This document shows, one piece after another, positions 61,569 to 64,000 of a DNA stretch of 64,000 bases. The position numbers and the translations under genes are program-made. A model generated the notes under the pieces. It was not told the origin of the DNA. It did no database searches and was given only the letters and a program-made list of their open reading frames with translations. The stretch is from Laetmonice hystrix (taxonomy: Eukaryota): the NCBI GenBank assembly GCA_965235115.1, contig OZ249436.1, positions 47,804,001-47,868,000 of the forward strand, in the 5' to 3' direction. The stretch's first letter is position 1; each line of letters opens with the position of its first letter.

Positions 61569-63640
61569 TTGTTTTGATATTCTGTAGCACCTGGCACAAA
61601 TGCAGCTTTTAGAGGTTATATCTTGTTTTAACGTCATTATTGTCATTATTTGTCATTATCTGAACCGTCATATTCACATTCTGACCTTTGGTATTAATAC
61701 CAAACACATTCATTGCAAGTTTGAGGCATCATTGATTCCGGTTATATATTGTTTGAACGTCATGATCATTCATTTTCATATGTACAGCCGTACATTGGCT
61801 GCATACGACGGAACACCATTGCTTTTCCATACATCGCGTCTTACCGAAGGATCAGTTTTCAAGTCACTTCAAATCAGTGTCATCCATCAACGTTTGCCCA
61901 TTTCATAACCTCTGAAGAATCCCAAGACATCAAGCAATTGACACTTTATTAATTGAGACGTAGCCAACTTAGTTAACTTAAGTTCTACTCGGCTTAAACT
62001 AAACCATTAAATTATCAAACAAACGACCAAACAACGAAGACAACCCACGTGAAATAGTGTTTCAATCATGGACAAAATCAACCTTCCACAAATGAAAATA
62101 CTACCAAAGACAATGAACAAAAGGTTCCCCGTCTCTGAGGTATAAGGTAAGCTACATAAAAATTAAACCCCACAAACATTGTATTCAAACATAAAGACAT
62201 TCAAACATTAAGACATTCAAAACATCGAAAACATCAACAGAATCAGGGAAATCAATAAAATCAATCGTCCACCAAAATCATCAAAACAATCACCCATCAG
62301 CGTGTGAAAATATCAACCGAGTGGCGACTCAAAACTAAGTATCATACATGACCGTTTGCCTTGAGTATTATTCATAGTTTGTGTGCATGTATAACCGCTT
62401 TTTACGAATCCACACCTAACTCCATGATTCGATAGGGTACCATCTTCACCAGTTTAGTAATTATGTTGTCTTTCTTGATGAATTTTTCTTTGTTCAACTG
62501 TTTTGATATTTATTCTGCAGCACCTGGCTGCTGTGCATTATACCAACCACATATCTTGTTTAAACGTCGTTATTCGTGTTGTGCTTTGTCTGAACTGTCA
62601 TATTCACACCCTGCTCCCTCATTCAGATTTTGCTTCACGAGTCTTCGTGTTTTTTTTTTCTTTTTTTTTACTCTGTCACTATCTTTGATTTTCATTTCCG
62701 AAATGGACAGTGACATTGGCTGCATGTGATGGAAACTAAACCCCTTCGCTTTTCCATGTTTCGCCAAAGTATTATCGATGATCAGTTTTTAAAGTCACTT
62801 CTTTATACTCAAGTGTCATGCGTCAACGTTTTGTCTTATTACATAATCTTTGAAAAATCACAATAGATCACAAACAATTGACACTTTATTAATTGAGACT
62901 TCGTCAACCTTTGAAGTGAACTTAACTTATACTTAACTAAACTGAACCTAACTTATACACAACTTAAACAACATGAAAACTACAAAGCAAGAAACGATCA
63001 AACATAGAAGACAAAACACAGACAATATTTCAAACATAGACACAATCAACTTTCAAATACAACATGTATACAAAAACAATGAAATAATCAGTGTAGGTAC
63101 ATGATGCAAGTATTATACATGGGTCAACCTCAACCCACTCCAACATCCACAGCCCCTAATCTGCTGCAGTAGGCCTACTTGAAAGCAAACCAATACACCT
63201 TGCTCAAGGAATGCAATATTACATGGCGTTTCAAATTCATTCCAGCATAAACATTAACCCCAAGAAACATCTTATTCAAACATTAAAGCATTCAAAACAT
63301 AAATAGAATGGGAGAAATAAAGGAAATCAAATGCACACAAATACGTAATCAGACCAATCAACCACCAGTGTGTGAAAATATCAAACCAGCATAAACATGC
63401 CTAATACATGTACATGTGCGACTCATATACAAGCACCGTATCATACATTTGACTGTTTGGCTTGAGTAGCATTCTCCTGAGCCTTTTTTTTTTATCGTTT
63501 GTGGAATGTAAGAATGTAGTTAAGAAGTTAAAACTTATACTTAACTTAAACTAAACTTAACCTAACTTATGCTTAACTTAAACTAAACCATGTACATGAA
63601 CACAATCAACCTTCACCATATGAAAATACTACATCCAAAA
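61569..63640. repeat. Diverged tandem duplication of a ~0.93-kb segment (2 copies plus a partial third)
   Basis: Collinear blocks: TGTTTTGATATT..GCACCTGGC (~61570/~62500), CAATTGACACTTTATTAATTGAGAC (~61936/~62875), GTGTGAAAATATCAA (~62302/~63370), CAATCAACCTTC..ATGAAAATACTAC (~62076/~63603). Confidence 0.8.
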
Positions 63641-64000
63641 ACAGTGAAAGAATCAACAGTGTAGAACACTTATCTCTTTGGATAATCGTATAATTGACGT
63701 CCTCAACGGCAGCAGACAGGAAGGTAAGCACTAAGGTGAACAGTAGACATTCAAGCAAGAGGGTATACCGACAGGTAGGCAAGCTGAAAGGTAGGCCAGC
63801 AGGCAGACAGACACGCAGATTACTGAGCAGGAAGGCAGGCAGGTAGTAAGGCAGACAGACAGGCAGGAGGAAACGATCGCAGACAGGCAGGCAGTCAAGC
63901 AGGCGGTAAGGCAGGCAGGCAGGCGGCCAGGTAGTGAAAGCAGGCACGCAGGAAAGCAGGGGATTGGCCAGGCAGGACGGCACGCAGATTGGCACGCATA

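Noticed and set aside
63606..63995. 129-aa minus-strand ORF
   Set aside because: Mostly degenerate (GGCA)n simple repeat; no GT donor linking it to the 61295 exon.
58625..64000. N-terminal kinase exons of a myosin III
   Set aside because: No kinase motifs found, and an in-frame stop with no good acceptor precedes the Kozak ATG.

Overview
Animal genomic DNA (intron-rich, probably a marine invertebrate; species not identifiable) with three spliced genes, all on the minus strand, which I reconstructed by hand from GT-AG sites and codon phase. (1) The 5' part of an unidentified gene (exons 9670-9711, 6299-6341, 26-206) continues beyond the window start. (2) A complete 14-exon prolyl 4-hydroxylase alpha subunit gene (22880->13013, 527 aa) retains its catalytic residues. 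(3) A ~28-exon unconventional myosin (58624->35344, ~1050 aa) has a myosin-III-related motor with no N-terminal kinase, one IQ, an SH2 domain and a Pro/Tyr-rich tail, the class XXVIII-type architecture. A possible last exon of a fourth gene lies at 61097-61295. The rest is non-autonomous DNA transposons (CACTG/EnSpm-, Harbinger-, mariner-, Kolobok- and hAT-like), SINE fragments and minisatellites. Three signals stand out: a strong excess of palindromic TA-xy-y'x'-TA octamers (TAGGCCTA, TAGATCTA) that in places are visibly insertions at TA sites, as expected of transposon excision footprints; minisatellites that grow out of, and multiply, the myosin's 3' splice sites; and a 1.7-kb G-rich array whose single-unit relative lies in the same window. 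No prokaryotic features or CRISPR arrays.
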